DNA of 64,000 bases from the human T2T-CHM13v2.0 reference genome, Homo sapiens, in NCBI RefSeq assembly GCF_009914755.1, contig NC_060935.1; one strand, written 5' to 3'. The notes beneath the pieces are model-generated. The model did not search any database. It saw only the letters and a program-made list of their open reading frames with translations, and had not been told where the DNA came from. The position numbers and the translations under genes are program-made. Of the stretch, positions 12,897-27,300 are shown one piece after another (within the stretch, counting starts at the first letter, position 1; the number at the start of each line of letters is the position of its first letter).

Positions 12897-13598
12897 CATA
12901 TCTACAAATCTTAGATTTTCTTTTACTCTACGGGGATAGTATTGAATTACCCCCATTTAACAGGTGAAGAAACTGAGGCCCATGACATTAAGACACTTAC
13001 CTGGGAAGCAGCCTGGTTAAGATTTGAACCAGGTCTGTCTAACTCCAAACCCTATGCTCTGCCCCCTCCATCTTTCTCCCTCCCATCAGGGAGAACTTCT
13101 CTGTGCCCATCAACAAGCAGTACTAAAAATACAGCAAATAAAATAAATTCAAGATGGCTCTGTCTCTAGAACTCTTCTCAGGGAGGCTCTGCATGCGAGT
13201 GGGAGGCATTAGCTCCTTGGTCAGGGAGGCACGCAGGGTGACTCATAGACCCTCAGGCACCCCAGCTGGGAGAACAGCAGGTGTTTGTTACCTTACCTTT
13301 TAATCTTAAGCTAACTGCTTTATTATGTGTTTTATTAAGCGGAATATGCAGGTGTGGGGCCAGAGCTGAATTGCTTAGGACTATAAAGGAGAGACAAGTA
13401 CCTCTCTCAAGGGACTGGAGGGGTTTGGGCTGTAAAAGTAAAGGCTGTCTTGCAGGTGCAGAACCCAGCGCCCGGTCCCCAGGCCTACTGCAGTTCTTCA
13501 TGTGAGCAGCTGAGAGGCTCTTTCCCTCCTCTCCCTTTCTTCACTATGTTTCTTTCTGTCTGTGTCTGAATGAAACCCGGAGGAGGCCAGCTCCTTAC

Positions 13599-13736
13599 CA
13601 CTCCATAGGCAATGATGTCGGAGTACATCCTCATCTCTGGGTACACGCTGACCAGGTACCACCGGAAGGTCTTGCACTGCAGCTGTTTCCTGAGAGCCTT
13701 CCTCGCAGTGATGTCCCCAATGTCAATTCCTGAGTC
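13599..13736 (-). CDS. GALNT18: GALNT18 coding exon (probably exon 8), end of catalytic domain and linker
   Basis: Acceptor ccgcgtccctgtgcag, donor gtaagg. Translates DSGIDIGDITARKALRKQLQCKTFRWYLVSVYPEMRMYSDIIAYGV (GD..R..LR..L.CK.F.WYL..VYPE family motif). Confidence 0.96.
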
Positions 13737-15165
13737 CTGCACAGGGACGCGGAAGCAGAGATGAAGCCACTCCCAGGTTGCAGCTTCTCCCCAAACTCTA
13801 CTTTGGCATGACCTTGTGCCCCCAACAAGATTCCTAGAGACTGGGGAAGGGACCATGTGGCACGTTAACTCTTGCATTTTCCCACGGGTACCTTAACCCC
13901 GTAACCATCCTCATTTAGACTACGAAACACGAGGTCAGCATTGCCGGGCCTTGTCATCAAGGGCCATTGAAAAAAAAGATGCCAAATCCTTAAAGAAAAA
14001 AAAAAAAAGCTATAGTCTGGGTGTAGATGAAAGAAATGGGAAGAATCCATCTGAATAAAGCTTTTCCCTACCTCAAGAGGCAAGATGAGAGATTCTGAGC
14101 TTTAAGGTGAGAGAGAGGGGGGAAGGAAAAAGCATGGAGATGAAATGATGCTAATTCTATAGTATTAATAATACTATTCCTAAGAATCGTAACAGCTAAG
14201 GTTTAAACATTTCCAAAGTGCTAGGCTGTATTCTGAATGAGACATGCAATATATATATTTATTTACTTCTATTTATACGTATGTATTTTGTCCCACTCAT
14301 ACTTATAAAGTAGCACTACATAATCCTCCTTTACGGATGATGAGTTGAGACAAAGAGAGGTTCAGTAACCTCCTTGGTAACTTGCCCAAGACTCCACAAC
14401 TAATAAACGGTGGAGCTGAGATTTGAACCCAATTAACCTGGGTCTAGAGTTTCTGCTTTTAACGTTACTCTACGTGTTTGGAAGATCCCACCCTTCTGCC
14501 TCCTCGGACCAAGTCCTTGCAGGAGAAGCAGACTCTCTTTAAGCCTGGGAGTCTTGGCATCTAGAGTACTTGTTTCCCTCCTTTCTCAGGAGCATCAGAG
14601 AGGTGGCTCCTGAGCCACCACGGTGCAGCAGCCAGGGAGCAGAAGTGACACATGATTGTGTCCAGGAGTGAGAAGGCTAGAGAAGCCCCCTTCCTCATAT
14701 TGCTTGTAGAGCAGAGTTGGGCAGCACTAAGAATTCCTTGGCCTGCATACCAGCTGTTGAATGGGGCACAGAATTGGCTGAGAAAAAGCTGATGCAAAAG
14801 CAGAGGCTGCCGAGGGGTCCATCCTCTGGGGATCTGAAGAAGACCCAGTGCATCTCAGAGGATGACACCATGGCAGGGATGAAGGCCAGCAAGCAGATGG
14901 GGCATGTGGCATCCCATAAGATGCCAGCCCAGAGAGGAGGGCAGATGAAGAAGTGGAACTCTCTCTCACCGACACTGTGGTCCATATGCTCTCTTTGTGA
15001 ATCCCTGGTTCAAACATCAACTCCAGGGATTGAGTTACTGAGGTTGGGCAGATTTTGTCTAAAATATCTGAGAAAGATCACAAAAATGGCTGCATTTATC
15101 TGGACACAAACAGGGCAAATTTTTGACATCAGACAATGTGGGCTTGAGTGAAAACACAATTTAGG

Positions 15166-15515
<350 letters not shown>

Positions 15516-16427
15516 TCAGGCAATATAAAAATTTGAACCTGCTACAGCCTGAAGGTTAAAGTTCTAGAACGACAAGGAGCTATTTCAGCTTCCTAGTACT
15601 TCTTAATGACCTCATCCGTGACTTGTCTGCTGCACACTCCTGCCCAGAGCCTTCTCTGCAACTGTTATCCTAGCCTTTCTCTGCTGGACTCCGGCTCCTT
15701 AAGGTCAGGAAACTTCCATCAGACTCACCTCTGTGCCCCCAGGCCTAGCACTGAGCATGAGCTACTCTGCTGGGTGAAGAAAATATTTATGAAGTGGTGA
15801 ACACAGGAACTGGCAGTAGATGTAATCTACCTTCCACTCCGACCCTAAAGCATTCATTAAGTATTAACCCTTCACACTCCATGGTACTTTATCCTTATAT
15901 CAGAAAACTGTGTCCCAGGACCCATTCATTCCTTCTCCCTTCATGTTATAATTGCCTTTATGTGACTAAATTTAACACTGTGTCTGTTTTATAGGGAGCC
16001 AGTAGAAGAACCTGTCTCACAAAGGCCTCTGTGTTTTCCTAAACTTCTGGGTTCCCACAGGAAAAGTTTCTTTCTGCACTTAGGAACAGGGCAAAGTTTG
16101 CCTCCCTCCATACGATCGAGTAAAAGATGAGAGAGGTACAATCCACCAGGTGGCCATCTCCTGCTAGGAAGCTCAAGAACTAGCCCTTTGTTCAGCTTAT
16201 CTTTCTGAATATCAAGTCCCCTTCCCCTTCCTGTGTATTAATTGACTTTTGCCTTTCCATTTTAATAGTTCAGCATATCTGCCCTGTGTGTTTACTATAA
16301 ATTTCATCAAACCCATCTTCAAAGCAGGAGGCATATATTGAGAAGAAAGTAAACCTTCTCTGAGAAGGTCACCTTGGCCCTTATTAGAAAACAATAAATG
16401 CATCTTCCTCTTTTGCCAAATACTTGG

Positions 16428-16911
16428 TGTAGTGAGTTGAATTGTGGCCTCCTCTAAAATTCATGTCTACCCAGAACCTCTAAATGGGACTTAATTTGGA
16501 ACCAGGGTCTTTGCAGATATAATTAATTCAGGATCTCAAAATGAAATCATCCTGCGTTTGGGGCTTGCCTAAATTATGACTGTATGTGACTATATATGAC
16601 TAAAATGACTGATATCTTTATAAGAGGAAAAAGAATGGTCTGGACACACATAGAGACAAAGAGGAGAAGGCCATGTGAAGACAGAGGCTGAGACTAAGGT
16701 GATACATCCACAACCAGGGACCCCCTCAGGGCCACCAGAAGCTGGCTGAGGCAAGGAAGGACTCTCCCCTCGAGATGCTGAAGGGAGCACAGCTCTGCTG
16801 GCACCTGAATGTTAGACTTCTGGCTTCCAGAACTGGGAGAGAATAAATTTCTGTTGTTTGAAGCCACCAAATTCATGGTAATTTGTTACCATAGCCCTAG
16901 GAAACAAATAT
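16428..16911 (+). mobile_element. MaLR solo LTR (MLT1B/C/D-like)
   Basis: Starts tgtagtgagttgaattgtggcc, contains gtctttgcagatataatt and cttccagaactgggagagaataaatttctgttg, ends ctaggaaacaaatata. Confidence 0.85.
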
Positions 16912-18169
16912 ATTAACTTAGCCACATAAAAAGTGCCCAGTATTGCAGCCACATAGTCACAAAATTCCTTGTAGCCAGACTTAAAGGAGGGCTATCACTG
17001 AAGCACATGACAAGCCATCCCTGGCACTCAGCCTGTCTTTGGGCAAGAGAAGCAGTCTAGAGCTCCTGAACCCTGCTTAAGAAAATATTGATGTTTTGCT
17101 GCAGACTGACTTTCTGTTTATTGATAAACAAACTGATTTTCAATTAAAGTAGCAGGATGCAAGAGGTGGAGGCTCTTCGACCTTTCAAAAGTTGGGGACT
17201 GGACCTGCTAAGGGAGCAGGTGAGAGGGCCAGTTCTGCTCAGTTCACAGTTCCGAGGAGGCCTCAGCTTAGAAGGCAACAAGCAGAGGATGTCTGTCCAG
17301 CATGAACATTTGAAAACTGTGGAAGGAAAGTACAGGGCATAAACGATCACATCACCGACAAGAGTTAACACTTATCTAGCGCTGTGTGCCAAGCACTGAT
17401 CAAAGTCTTTACATGTATTAACTTATTTAATTCTCAAGGCAGCCACCTGGGAAGGGTTGAAGGGCTCCAGCTCCATATTTGCAGCTGGGATGCTGTAGAC
17501 CAAAGGTTAAATTGGGAACAGATGTGCTTGCAGCTGAGGAAAAGGGATTGGGGCATAGCTATCTCAGAGGCAGGGGGTAAACCTCCTAGGGAAACTGTGT
17601 GAAGCATATAGCATCCATGCATCCTCCTTCTTTTCCAACTGACCTTTACCAAGCACCTGTTTATTATGTGTCAGACACTATCGTAAACACTGTGTATACA
17701 AATAGGAATATGTCACACTCTCGGCCTGAAACGAGAGTCTGGGAGTTTCAGACAAGTAAACATACTCTTTGTGAACAAGTGTGAGGCACGGAAAGAAGAG
17801 AAAGTGAAAGAGAGAATAGAAGAGGGGCCTCATTCTTCTTACATTGTGTGGAGGCCAGGATTGGGGGCAAAGGAGGAGGTAAACAGTCAAAGAGGGCTTC
17901 CTGGAGTAAGCAACACTTGTGGGTTTGAAAAAATGAGAAGGACTAGCTAAATGGGTGTTACACAAACCTGGCCACCCTAAACTCTCATCTGGAGGGCTTT
18001 TTGTAGATTCTGGCACCTACCGCTCAAAATCCTCTCTGAGGATGAGACCCAGATGAGTATTTTTTTAAAAGTTCTTCAAGCGATTCTGATGCAATTGGTC
18101 TGAAGATCTGCTTTTAGGAGTCACTAACCAAGGGAGAGAGGGATTACTCACACTGCCAGCAAACTCACT

Positions 18170-19990
18170 CATTAATAAGCGTTAGCAAGGCGTCACCAAG
18201 CTCTTACCATGCGCCCTGCCTTGTGCTAGATATAATGACACAAAAATGAATAAAGCAGTCTGTCCTCAGAGAGCCCATGGTGTATTGTGGTGGTTCTCAG
18301 TGGTTCTGAAGAACTTTCCCAAAAAACAGATCCCAGAGGCCCCTTCCAAACCAGTTAAGTGGTAATCTGTGGGGGTGGAACCCAACTGATTTTGAAGTTC
18401 AGCCAGATTTGAAAGCCACTGTTCTAATGAGAGGGAGACTTTTAGATAACAGAACACTCTTTCACAGGCTGGTCATGCAATGACAGAGAGATATTTAGGA
18501 GGGGGAGCTCTTTCCCCAGTTGGAGCTGGCTTTCTAGAGGAGGGACCCCTGGAGCTGAGTCTCAAAGGATGGGGAAGATTTAGTAGGGGTGGTCATACAG
18601 GAAGAGGTAGAGGGTAGGGAATTCCAAGCAGGATGAACAAGCACCGAGGTGTGAGAAACAGCATGGCATGGACGGTATGTAATGGGCAGTTCCCATAGTC
18701 CACGCAACGTATGCAGACTTCAAAACAGGGAGTGGTAGGCAGTGGGATTAAAATACAGGCAGTGGGGTTAAAATACAGGCAGAGGAGAAAGCATGGGAAC
18801 TTTTGATGCCATGCCAAACACTGGGCTTTGTGCTTGATTTTGTACATAGCAGGAGTCATTTAAAGATTTTTTTTTTTTTTTTTTTTTTGAGACAGTCTCG
18901 CTCTGTCACCCAGGCTGGAGTGAGTGCAGTGGCACGATCTCAGCTCACTGGGACCTCCGCCTCCCAGGTTAAAATGATTCTCTTGCCTCAGCCTCCTGAG
19001 TAGCTGGGATTACAGGCATGTGCCACCAAGCCTGGCTAATTTTTGTATTTTTAGTAGAGATGGGGTTTCACCATGTTGGCCAGGCTGTTCTTGAACTCCT
19101 GACCCCAAGTGATTCACCCACCTCAGCCTCCCAAAGTGCTGGCATTACAGGCATGAGCCACTGCGCCTGGCCTCATTTAAAGATTTTAAGCAGGGCGATG
19201 GCATGGTTGTTGTGAGTGTTTTAAAGATAACTTTGGGTATTGTAGAGGATAGATTTGAAGGAGATAAAGACTTGAGCCAGGAAAACCAGCTGAAGCTTGT
19301 GGCAGAGAAAAAAACAGGGCCTGAATGCAGACATGAGAGGAGGTCGGGGTGGGAAGGAGGGCTTGTGATTGACTGGGACAGGGCATTGAGAGAGAGGAAG
19401 ATTGAAGGATGATGTCATTTTCAAACTCATATGTCTGGAAGATGGTGGCACCATGAACTGAGACAGGATGAGAACAGGAGCAGATCTGGAGGAAGAAGAT
19501 GGGTTTGGCTGGTCAGAGTCATTCTGAGTGCCTGTGGGAATGGCCAAGAGGAGATGTCCAGCTGGCAGTTGGAGATGTGAGTCTGAAAGTGAAGGCAGAA
19601 ATCAGGGGTAGAGATATTAATTAGGAAGGCAGCATATGGGTGGGAGTCCAATGCAAGAGTAGATGATATTACCCAGGGAGATGCGGAATAATGAGAGCAG
19701 TCTGCCAAGGATGGATCCCCCATGGAGCATGTAAGCACCCAGTGAAGGTAAGAGGAGCCCTTGAAGAGTTAGGAATAAATGGAGAGAGATAAGATTCCAG
19801 GGTGTGGAATCATGGACCCAAGGAGCTACAGAGATTCAAGGAAAAGGTGAAATCCTATAGGTTAAAGACCTTAAAATGTCCATTAAATTAAGCATTTGGG
19901 AGGCCTATGTTGACCTTGACAAAGCAGTCTTGATGAAGTATCAGGATATAGCTTGGGAGAAGGATTGGGAGATGAAGAAATATTGACTCT
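18170..19990 (-). mobile_element. Degenerate L2 element interrupted by an Alu and a MER5-like fragment (about 18290-18425)
   Basis: Purine-rich L2 antisense motifs (ggagctgagtctcaaaggatg, gagatgtccagctggcagttggagatgtgagtctg). Boundaries are approximate. Confidence 0.65.
18871..19172 (-). mobile_element. Alu (AluS family) inserted in an L2
   Basis: Reverse Alu. Perfect TSD tcatttaaagatttt at 18856-18870 and 19173-19187. Confidence 0.95.
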
Positions 19991-21756
19991 GTACAAGTTT
20001 GATAAGAGGAAGGAGAGGACATTTGGACACAGGGAACAGGAGAGGAAAGAGAATTATTTTCGGAAACACACTGATCCTTTCCTTCTCCACCTAAGGCTTT
20101 ATCCTGGGCAATTCCACCTCTTACCTGTCTTGTGTTCACTTCCCCCTACCCATCTGATTTGAACTACCACCTTGAGGAGTCGCAGACAGACACTGAATTT
20201 CATCATTTTTCAATTATTTTCACTCACTCAGTTCTCTACCATTCATTGGGTTGCTGGGCATTTCAACACCTGTCAGCTGCAAGGGGGAGAGGGCTAGAAG
20301 TTTTGCAGCTCTGGGGTACAGAGAGAAGGCAGTAAGAGTATGCTCACTCACCAGTCCTAAGCAGAACCTGGGGACCTGCTATGCCTCACTGGTGAGCTCC
20401 TGGGGAGTTTCCAAGTGTTCTTAATATTTTGCCATCACAGGACACCTACCACAGGGCTTGGCACCCCGTGCAGAATACCGTGATTCAATCCTGACCATGA
20501 GTCCAGAAGGTAATGCAGTTCCCCAGAAACACTCTTACTGTCAGGAATGCAATCCCGGGCTGGTACATTAGAGTTGGCTGCACTCTGGCTGATATTTCTC
20601 CGCTCCTCATTCTTGCTCCCAACTGCTGAAACCTCACTGATTGTGGGAGTATGCAACCCAACTCAAGTTCCCCTCTCCTACGGTGGTGGTGTGGCTGGGA
20701 GGTGGGCTAAAAGCTCCCACCCATGAACCAGTCAACTTCCTCAATCATTTAACCAGAGCAACATTAGCTTGGTGTAGAGTTTAGGTAACAGGGCTTTCAT
20801 ATGATCACTTTGAGCGAAGATCAATCACTTCCCCATTAGAAGCTTCCTAAAGGACTCCAAAAGGGATTGCCATGGCCTTGGGAGGAAAGAATGAGGTCAT
20901 GTAGTCAATAGCTCTGATAGCTCTGTCTCACACAGAATGCAACATAAGCAATGAACTCTAGGCAGACAGGCTGGTAAGTGGGTTGGAATCATGTGGCTGG
21001 CATCTCTCAACTCAGTAGTAGAGCTGGGTTCTCTCAACTCAGTAGTCCAAGGTCATTTCCACATGTTTCACCTTGACACATGGCAGGGCTAAACAAAACT
21101 ACCAGAGAAGCATTGCTTTTCCTCTGGCATTTCTTAAGTACAGGTGACCAGAGGGATAGAGGACAGTGGCAGGCAATGATGAGGCTCTGTGAAGGTTAAA
21201 CACTGTCTAAAAACTGCCCAGAATAACTCCCATCTCCTAGTGAAGGTCCCTGTAGGTGTGCCCCCATCCCCATACACGTGGCTCAAGAAACCTGAAAGGC
21301 ATGTGGATCTTTATAACTCTGGTCAAAGGTTCAATGGAGAAGTTTGAACCTAATCTGTAGGAAGATTAAGATGCTTTTTGTAAATTTTTGTAGTTACTGG
21401 TATATTTGTAATCCAGGACCATGAAACATCTAATGTCAGAGAAGCTGAGGACCTGGGAGCATGAAGGAAACTTGAGCTACCTGTCCAACTTTCTCATTTA
21501 AAATTAGGACACTAAGATCCAGAGAGAAGTCCTCATCAAGCATGCTGACCAGGGATTAGGGTAGCAGGATAAGAAATGGCTTAGAGCCTCATGGCCCCTT
21601 TTCTTCAGCAAATAATATGTTTTGGGGTTGAGAGTCCATTCTTGCATGGCAAACAGGACTCTGGCTGACCCATAGGAAGAAGGGTTCGGTCCCATATCTT
21701 GTTTTGTTTGTTTTCCACCAATCCCCGAGAAACTCATCCCTACCGGAGATCCCTAC

Positions 21757-21942
21757 CTCCTGCGGTATGTTCCATGCCATGTAGACGTGGCTTTTAAATT
21801 CATCCATCCAGACTTCAGCCACCCTGAGAGCGTTCCTGCGGACATGGGCGGTGAGGTCCTCTGTGTAGGGCTTGTGGGCTCGCTCAATGTGGGCAATCCG
21901 TGAGCAGGGCAGGACCTCCACACTCCCGCCACACTGCCACAC
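21757..21942 (-). CDS. GALNT18: GALNT18 coding exon (probably exon 7)
   Basis: Acceptor tgtcttctgcag, donor gtaggg. Translates VWQCGGSVEVLPCSRIAHIERAHKPYTEDLTAHVRRNALRVAEVWMDEFKSHVYMAWNIPQE, a typical ppGalNAc-T segment with the metal-binding His. Confidence 0.96.
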
Positions 21943-22777
21943 CTGCAGAAGACATGGAGCCACTTGTCAGAGCCTGCCTGGCTCTGCCTTTCTACACCAG
22001 GCCTCAGGCAGCCACTTGACATGAGCAGGAAGAAAGTCAGCCCCTTCACCTTGACTCCCCAGATCACTCTCTGTGAAGGAGTAGGCCATACCTGATTTCT
22101 GCTCCTATAGCAGCAGGATGGCTATGGAGTCATTAATTCATATATTGGCTCTTATTGCTGTGGATTTACCAACAAAAAAAATGAATGCACTTTTTCCCTC
22201 CACCTGTGAGCCCTACCCCACCAAAAAAAGAGACCAGACATTTTGTTCCAAAGATCTGAATTCTCCTTGCACTTGGGGGAGAAGTTAACAAAACCCTTGA
22301 TGATAGTCTGCAGCAGTGGTTGACATAAAGGAGAACCAGCAAGACTCCCAGCAGAGACTTCCTCTTCAAATGGACCACATGGGCCTGGACAAGAATTAGT
22401 GATCACCACAGAGAAGGGTGTCACCAGACACCCTTCTTCTAGTGCATCTTTCCCAGGCTCTGGGTTCTGACTGAATCTGAGGGAGAGCGCTGCAAAGAAG
22501 GAAATGATATTAAACTTCTTAGCAACCTTGGTGAATAGGAGATTGATCCGAATGCAATTAGATTTTGAAAGATAAACCTTTGCATTCTAAGTGTTAATGG
22601 GCAGCATCTCAAAGCTCTCGCTACAATCTTTCCAGCCATCCTGACCTTTCAATGTTCCTGAACTTGCACTCTTTTGTGCTTCTAGGCTTTGCTCCATTCT
22701 GCTGGTAATTTTAGAATGCCCCACTGCCCCCAACTCCTTCTTCAGCTGAAAAAATTCACCTCTCAAGACCTTGATCA

Positions 22778-22921
22778 GGCTGGGCACAGTGGCTCACACC
22801 TGTAATCTCAGCACTTTGGGAGGCTAAGGTGGGAGAATCGCTTGAGCCCAGGAGTGTGAGACAAGCCTGGGCAACATAGTGAGATCCTGTCTCTAAAACA
22901 TTAAAATTTTTTTTTTTTTAA
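22778..22921 (+). mobile_element. Alu monomer (FLAM-like)
   Basis: Single Alu arm (gcttgagcccaggag, gggcaacatagtgaga) flanked by an aagaccttga direct repeat. Confidence 0.85.
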
Positions 22922-24000
22922 AAAGACCTTGACTATATGGCCCCAACATTGTGGAGTCTTTGCTCGATATTCAGAGTAGAGCCAATTTCTCCCTCCTCTG
23001 GCCCCCACAGCCCTTGATATCACAACTTACCTGCTTATAGGTCAGCCTCACTCACTGATCGTGTATTCCTGGAGGGCAAAACCTATATCTCACTCACTCA
23101 CCTAACAAAAGGCCAAGTACGTAGAAGTACTTTATAAGTACTTGCTGAATAAATAAATGATAGATGCTTCATCAGTCAATCAATCAATGTATAAATGGCT
23201 GACATTTACTGAATTTCAGGTGAATCTGAAATACCTGGTTAGAGCTGATGAATGTGGCTTCTGAGGGAAAGTAATCAAGATCTCCTGGTGGACAGTAGAT
23301 ATTACTTGCCAGATACTGTCAACATCACCATGAACTTGGTAGATGAAGTTCAGATATATAACATGTACCCATCAACAACAATAAGTCTGGGATAAAGCCA
23401 GATTTGGATTTAGCTTGTTTTCCCTGTGTTAGTTAGGAAGGGAATGCCTTCCCTTTCACCCATCCATGTCACACCAGTTGGCCCCTATAGGCTCTAGGCT
23501 GTTGGAGTTGGAAGGTGGCTTACTGATTTATCACTCACTTAAGCTTGTTTTGCCTTGAGTTTATAACTTAGGACCAATAGAAAGGAAACTAACATCCTCA
23601 TTGAGCGTCTCCTATGTGCCAGGCACTGGACTGTACATTCAGGAAGGCAGCAAAACATGGTGGGTGGGTTATGAACAGGGCTGGCCATGAGACTACTCAG
23701 GTTCACATCCTGGCTCTGCTCCATGCCTACTATGTGACCTTGGGCAAGCCACTTGATCTCACTGTGCTTCTGTTTCCTCCTCTCCATGGGGATCATGAGT
23801 ACCTATCTATCTCAGAAGGTCACTGAGAAAATTAAAGCAATTACATGCAACGTGCTTAAAAAATGCCTGGTGCATAATAAGCATGTGGTCATTCTTAGCT
23901 ATTACTATCAAGCTGAACAGCAGAATCTTTAGAATCACCCTGTGAGGCAGTTATTATGCCCAATTCCAAGTGAGGAAGTGGAAACTAAAGAACGTCCCTT

Positions 24001-24322
24001 GCCAGTTGCGGTGGCTCACGCATGTAATCCCAGCACTTTGGGAGGCTGAGGTGGGTGGATCACTTGAGCTTGGGAGTTTGAGACCAGCTTGGGTAACATG
24101 GTGAGACCTCATCTCTGCTGAAAATTTCAAAAAAAGTTACCCGGGCGTGGTGGCACGTGCCTGTAGTCCCAGCAACTTGGAGGGTTGAGGCAGGAGGATC
24201 GCTTGAGCCCAGGAGGTGGAAGCTGCAGTGAGCCCTGATGGTGTCACACTGCACTCCAGCCTAGGCAACAGAGTGAGACCCTGTCTCAAAAAATAAAAAA
24301 AATAAAAAATAATAATAATAAA
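24001..24322 (+). mobile_element. Alu (AluJ family)
   Basis: Dimeric Alu with AluJ diagnostics (ggaggatcgcttgagcccagg, gctgcagtgagc), (AAT)n tail and a degenerate TSD ending gtccctt. Confidence 0.92.
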
Positions 24323-27300
24323 AAGGAAGGTCCCTTGCTCAAGAACACACAGCTGATACTTAAGACAAAAGGATCTGTCTGATCCCAAAGAAACTCAACG
24401 AAGAGCCAACACTTCCCCCACGATGATCAAGCTTTGAAAGGAGTTCCCACATCCAGGAATGGTTCTGAGGATCATGAGAAGGTGGCGGTGAAGGCCCCAG
24501 GCTGTGCACCTCCATTCCCAAGACCTGTACATTCTGGGGACAGTCCTGATTTCCAATTCACTTTGCTCAGGTTCTCTATGAAAGCCTGTGAATCCCATGA
24601 AGAAGTTATTGACAACACAAAGAGTCAGGGTAATGATTCTTTTTGCCACTGGAACAGTGGCTATTGCTTGACATATTTCAACAATACAACACAGAGCATG
24701 AGTCGTAGCAAAACTCTTTTATTACAAGACCTGCTTCTTAAAGAGTAGGTTCACCATTTCACCTTAGAGTGGGCACATCTGCCGTCATTCTAATCAGAAT
24801 GGTGGTGCGGCTCCTCCCATCGTGCCTTTAGACACGGTACAAGGAGCGGCATGACTGTCCAGCACCTGAATTCACTCCCCTCTTCCCATCCCTGCAGCCA
24901 CCTCCCTTGTCTAGGCCGTCGTCATCATCTCTCATTTGGACTCTGCCACAGACTCCAAACACCTGACCTCCCTCTTCCCATATTCCTTCTCCAAGCTCTT
25001 CTCCACTGAGCAACTGGAGTGATTGAAGGTGTAAGCTGGACCACTGCCTCTCCTGCACCATGCCCCTGGCACAGCCCCTGATCTGGGCTTGCCCCCCACC
25101 ACCCCTCCAGCCCTGACCTTGTGCTCCCCAATACACTCTCTGCTACAGCCTCTATGCTGTAGCCACGCTATTTTTTTTTACTTCCTCTCACATGGGTTTT
25201 TTCCCCTCACCTCAGACTTCTGCACATGCAATGACGTACCCAACCCTGCCTGCCTCCCTGACTCATCCTCCAAGCCTCAGTTCACTGTCACTTTGCTGCA
25301 TCCCCTTCCGCTAGGTTTACCTGGTGTGCTGTGTGGTCCTGCCTTGTTCCCTGAACTAACACCATTGCAATTGCTTGTTTAATCACCTCCTTCCCTCTTG
25401 CAAAATGTTCTCAAACTTGTCACCAAATTGTCCCTTAGACACGTGCTAAATGGTGCTCAAAAGAGATCCTGGGTTCCAGGGGAGGTGGGGCATCTGGGCC
25501 AGGTGGGAGTAGCATGTCGCACTTGAAAGCACAGCTTTGGAGTCTGTGGGAACTGGATTCACATTTGTCCTCTGTCACCTGCTGCTGTGTCACCTTTGGC
25601 AGGTTACTTCCCTCCCAAGCCTCATTTCTGCCCTGTGGGCGAGGGGATGCAGTGTGGGTAAGTGTTTAACACTGAGCCTACCTCAGTGTGAGCACTATGT
25701 GGATGGCGGTCAAGGAAGCAAAGACACCCTGAACATGGGGACAGGCCATCTGGGCCAGATCTGGCCTCACCGAGTGCTTGTGGAGTGGTGTCGGGCTATG
25801 TAACAAACACCCATGACAATGGATACCACACCAGGCTGTGGGCTCAGGGAGCCCCTGCTGAAGTGCTCAGGATACTGTTAGCCCTCAGTCTGTGTGTGTG
25901 CCTATTATTATTTCATAATAATTTAATAATTATTACGTTGCTGCTATTTGGACGGTCCTGTACACCCACCTTTGGGGAGCAAACAGGCCACAGAAGACAG
26001 GGTTCTTCCCAAATGCCCAGCCCAGCAGAGGGGTACACAACGCTCCCTTCTCAGAGACAGGGAGCACTGGTCAACATTTCCAGTCTCCTCCCTTCTATGA
26101 AAGGGCACTCATCTATAGAGAAGGTAACAGCTTCTGCCTTGGCCATGGCATTTGGGTTCTTGGCAGCATCTGGGCTTTGCAGCCAGAAGATGTGGACTCA
26201 GCATGTTTACCCTGCCACTTCTGGACCCTGCCCAGTGGCACTGAAGCAAACAAGAGAAAGCCTGTGCTGGCCGACTCCTGGGAGACAAGTGGCTCCACTG
26301 ACCAGTGGCTTGACCCAAGAGAGAATTTCAAAAGTCATACCCACAGCTCATCTCAGAGGCCCTCTGGGATGGTAGACAAAGGATAAGAAAGGAAGTCACT
26401 GGCATTTGGACCTCATGGTGAATGACATCATGGAGCTTCTGTGGAGGATTGGGAGGGGCAGGGGATAAGGAAGGGAGAGAAAGGGAGCTGGGCCTGGCAC
26501 ATTAAATGTCCAATTTGCAAATGGCACGATAGAGCAAGCCCCAAACCAGAGGGAGGATATACACAGGAAGGCCTGTGCTGGGGAAGCAGGGCAGCTGGAC
26601 AGGGGATGAAGTGTGGGTACAGGGATGGCTTGGCATCCTGAGCTCTCGTGGACAGAGATGCCTAGGGAGAGACGGCAGGTAGCTGGGTACCAAAGGGGTG
26701 CCTGAGAAATGAACACCAAGGGTTGGAAACAGAGAAGGCAGGTGTGGTCACAGGGAACAGGGCACAGGAAGAAACCACCAAGATGTAGACCCTAATTTAC
26801 ACATACGATGGTGAGGGCATGTGCTGAGTCCTGCAGGCACTGGGCATACCTGACGGCACATCAGCACAAGGCTGGGTCCTGAGGCTTCTGACGGGCACTG
26901 AGCAACATGTTCCTTGACTACACTAAGTTCTTTCCTCTCTCTGTGCCTTTGCACCTGCTATCGCACGTCCTGAATAATTTATCCCCCACTTATGACCCAG
27001 CTCAAATACGACCTCTTTTGATTTGCCCAGTGTAAATTAGATCCCCTCTGAATATCTTTAGTGCCCTGCCTTTTTCTTCATAACACTTACTCAAAATACT
27101 TTTACTTCTGTATTTATTCTTTAAATGTCTGTCTCCCTTCACTGGACTATAAGTGCCATGGAAACAGGATCGTGTCTGTGTGTTTACCACTGTATACATC
27201 AGCACCTGCCACTTAGTCTATATTCAATAACTATTATTTGAATGAGTGAATCCAGGAATCTGAGAGTCCTGGGCTTTCACTGACTATACAGGCATGGTTT

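Noticed and set aside
14717-15151. 144-aa plus-strand ORF as a possible old processed pseudogene
   Set aside because: No recognisable homology, poly(A) tail or TSD.
25785-26375. 196-aa plus-strand ORF
   Set aside because: Non-ATG start, no recognisable domain and no supporting exon structure. It is consistent with a chance ORF.
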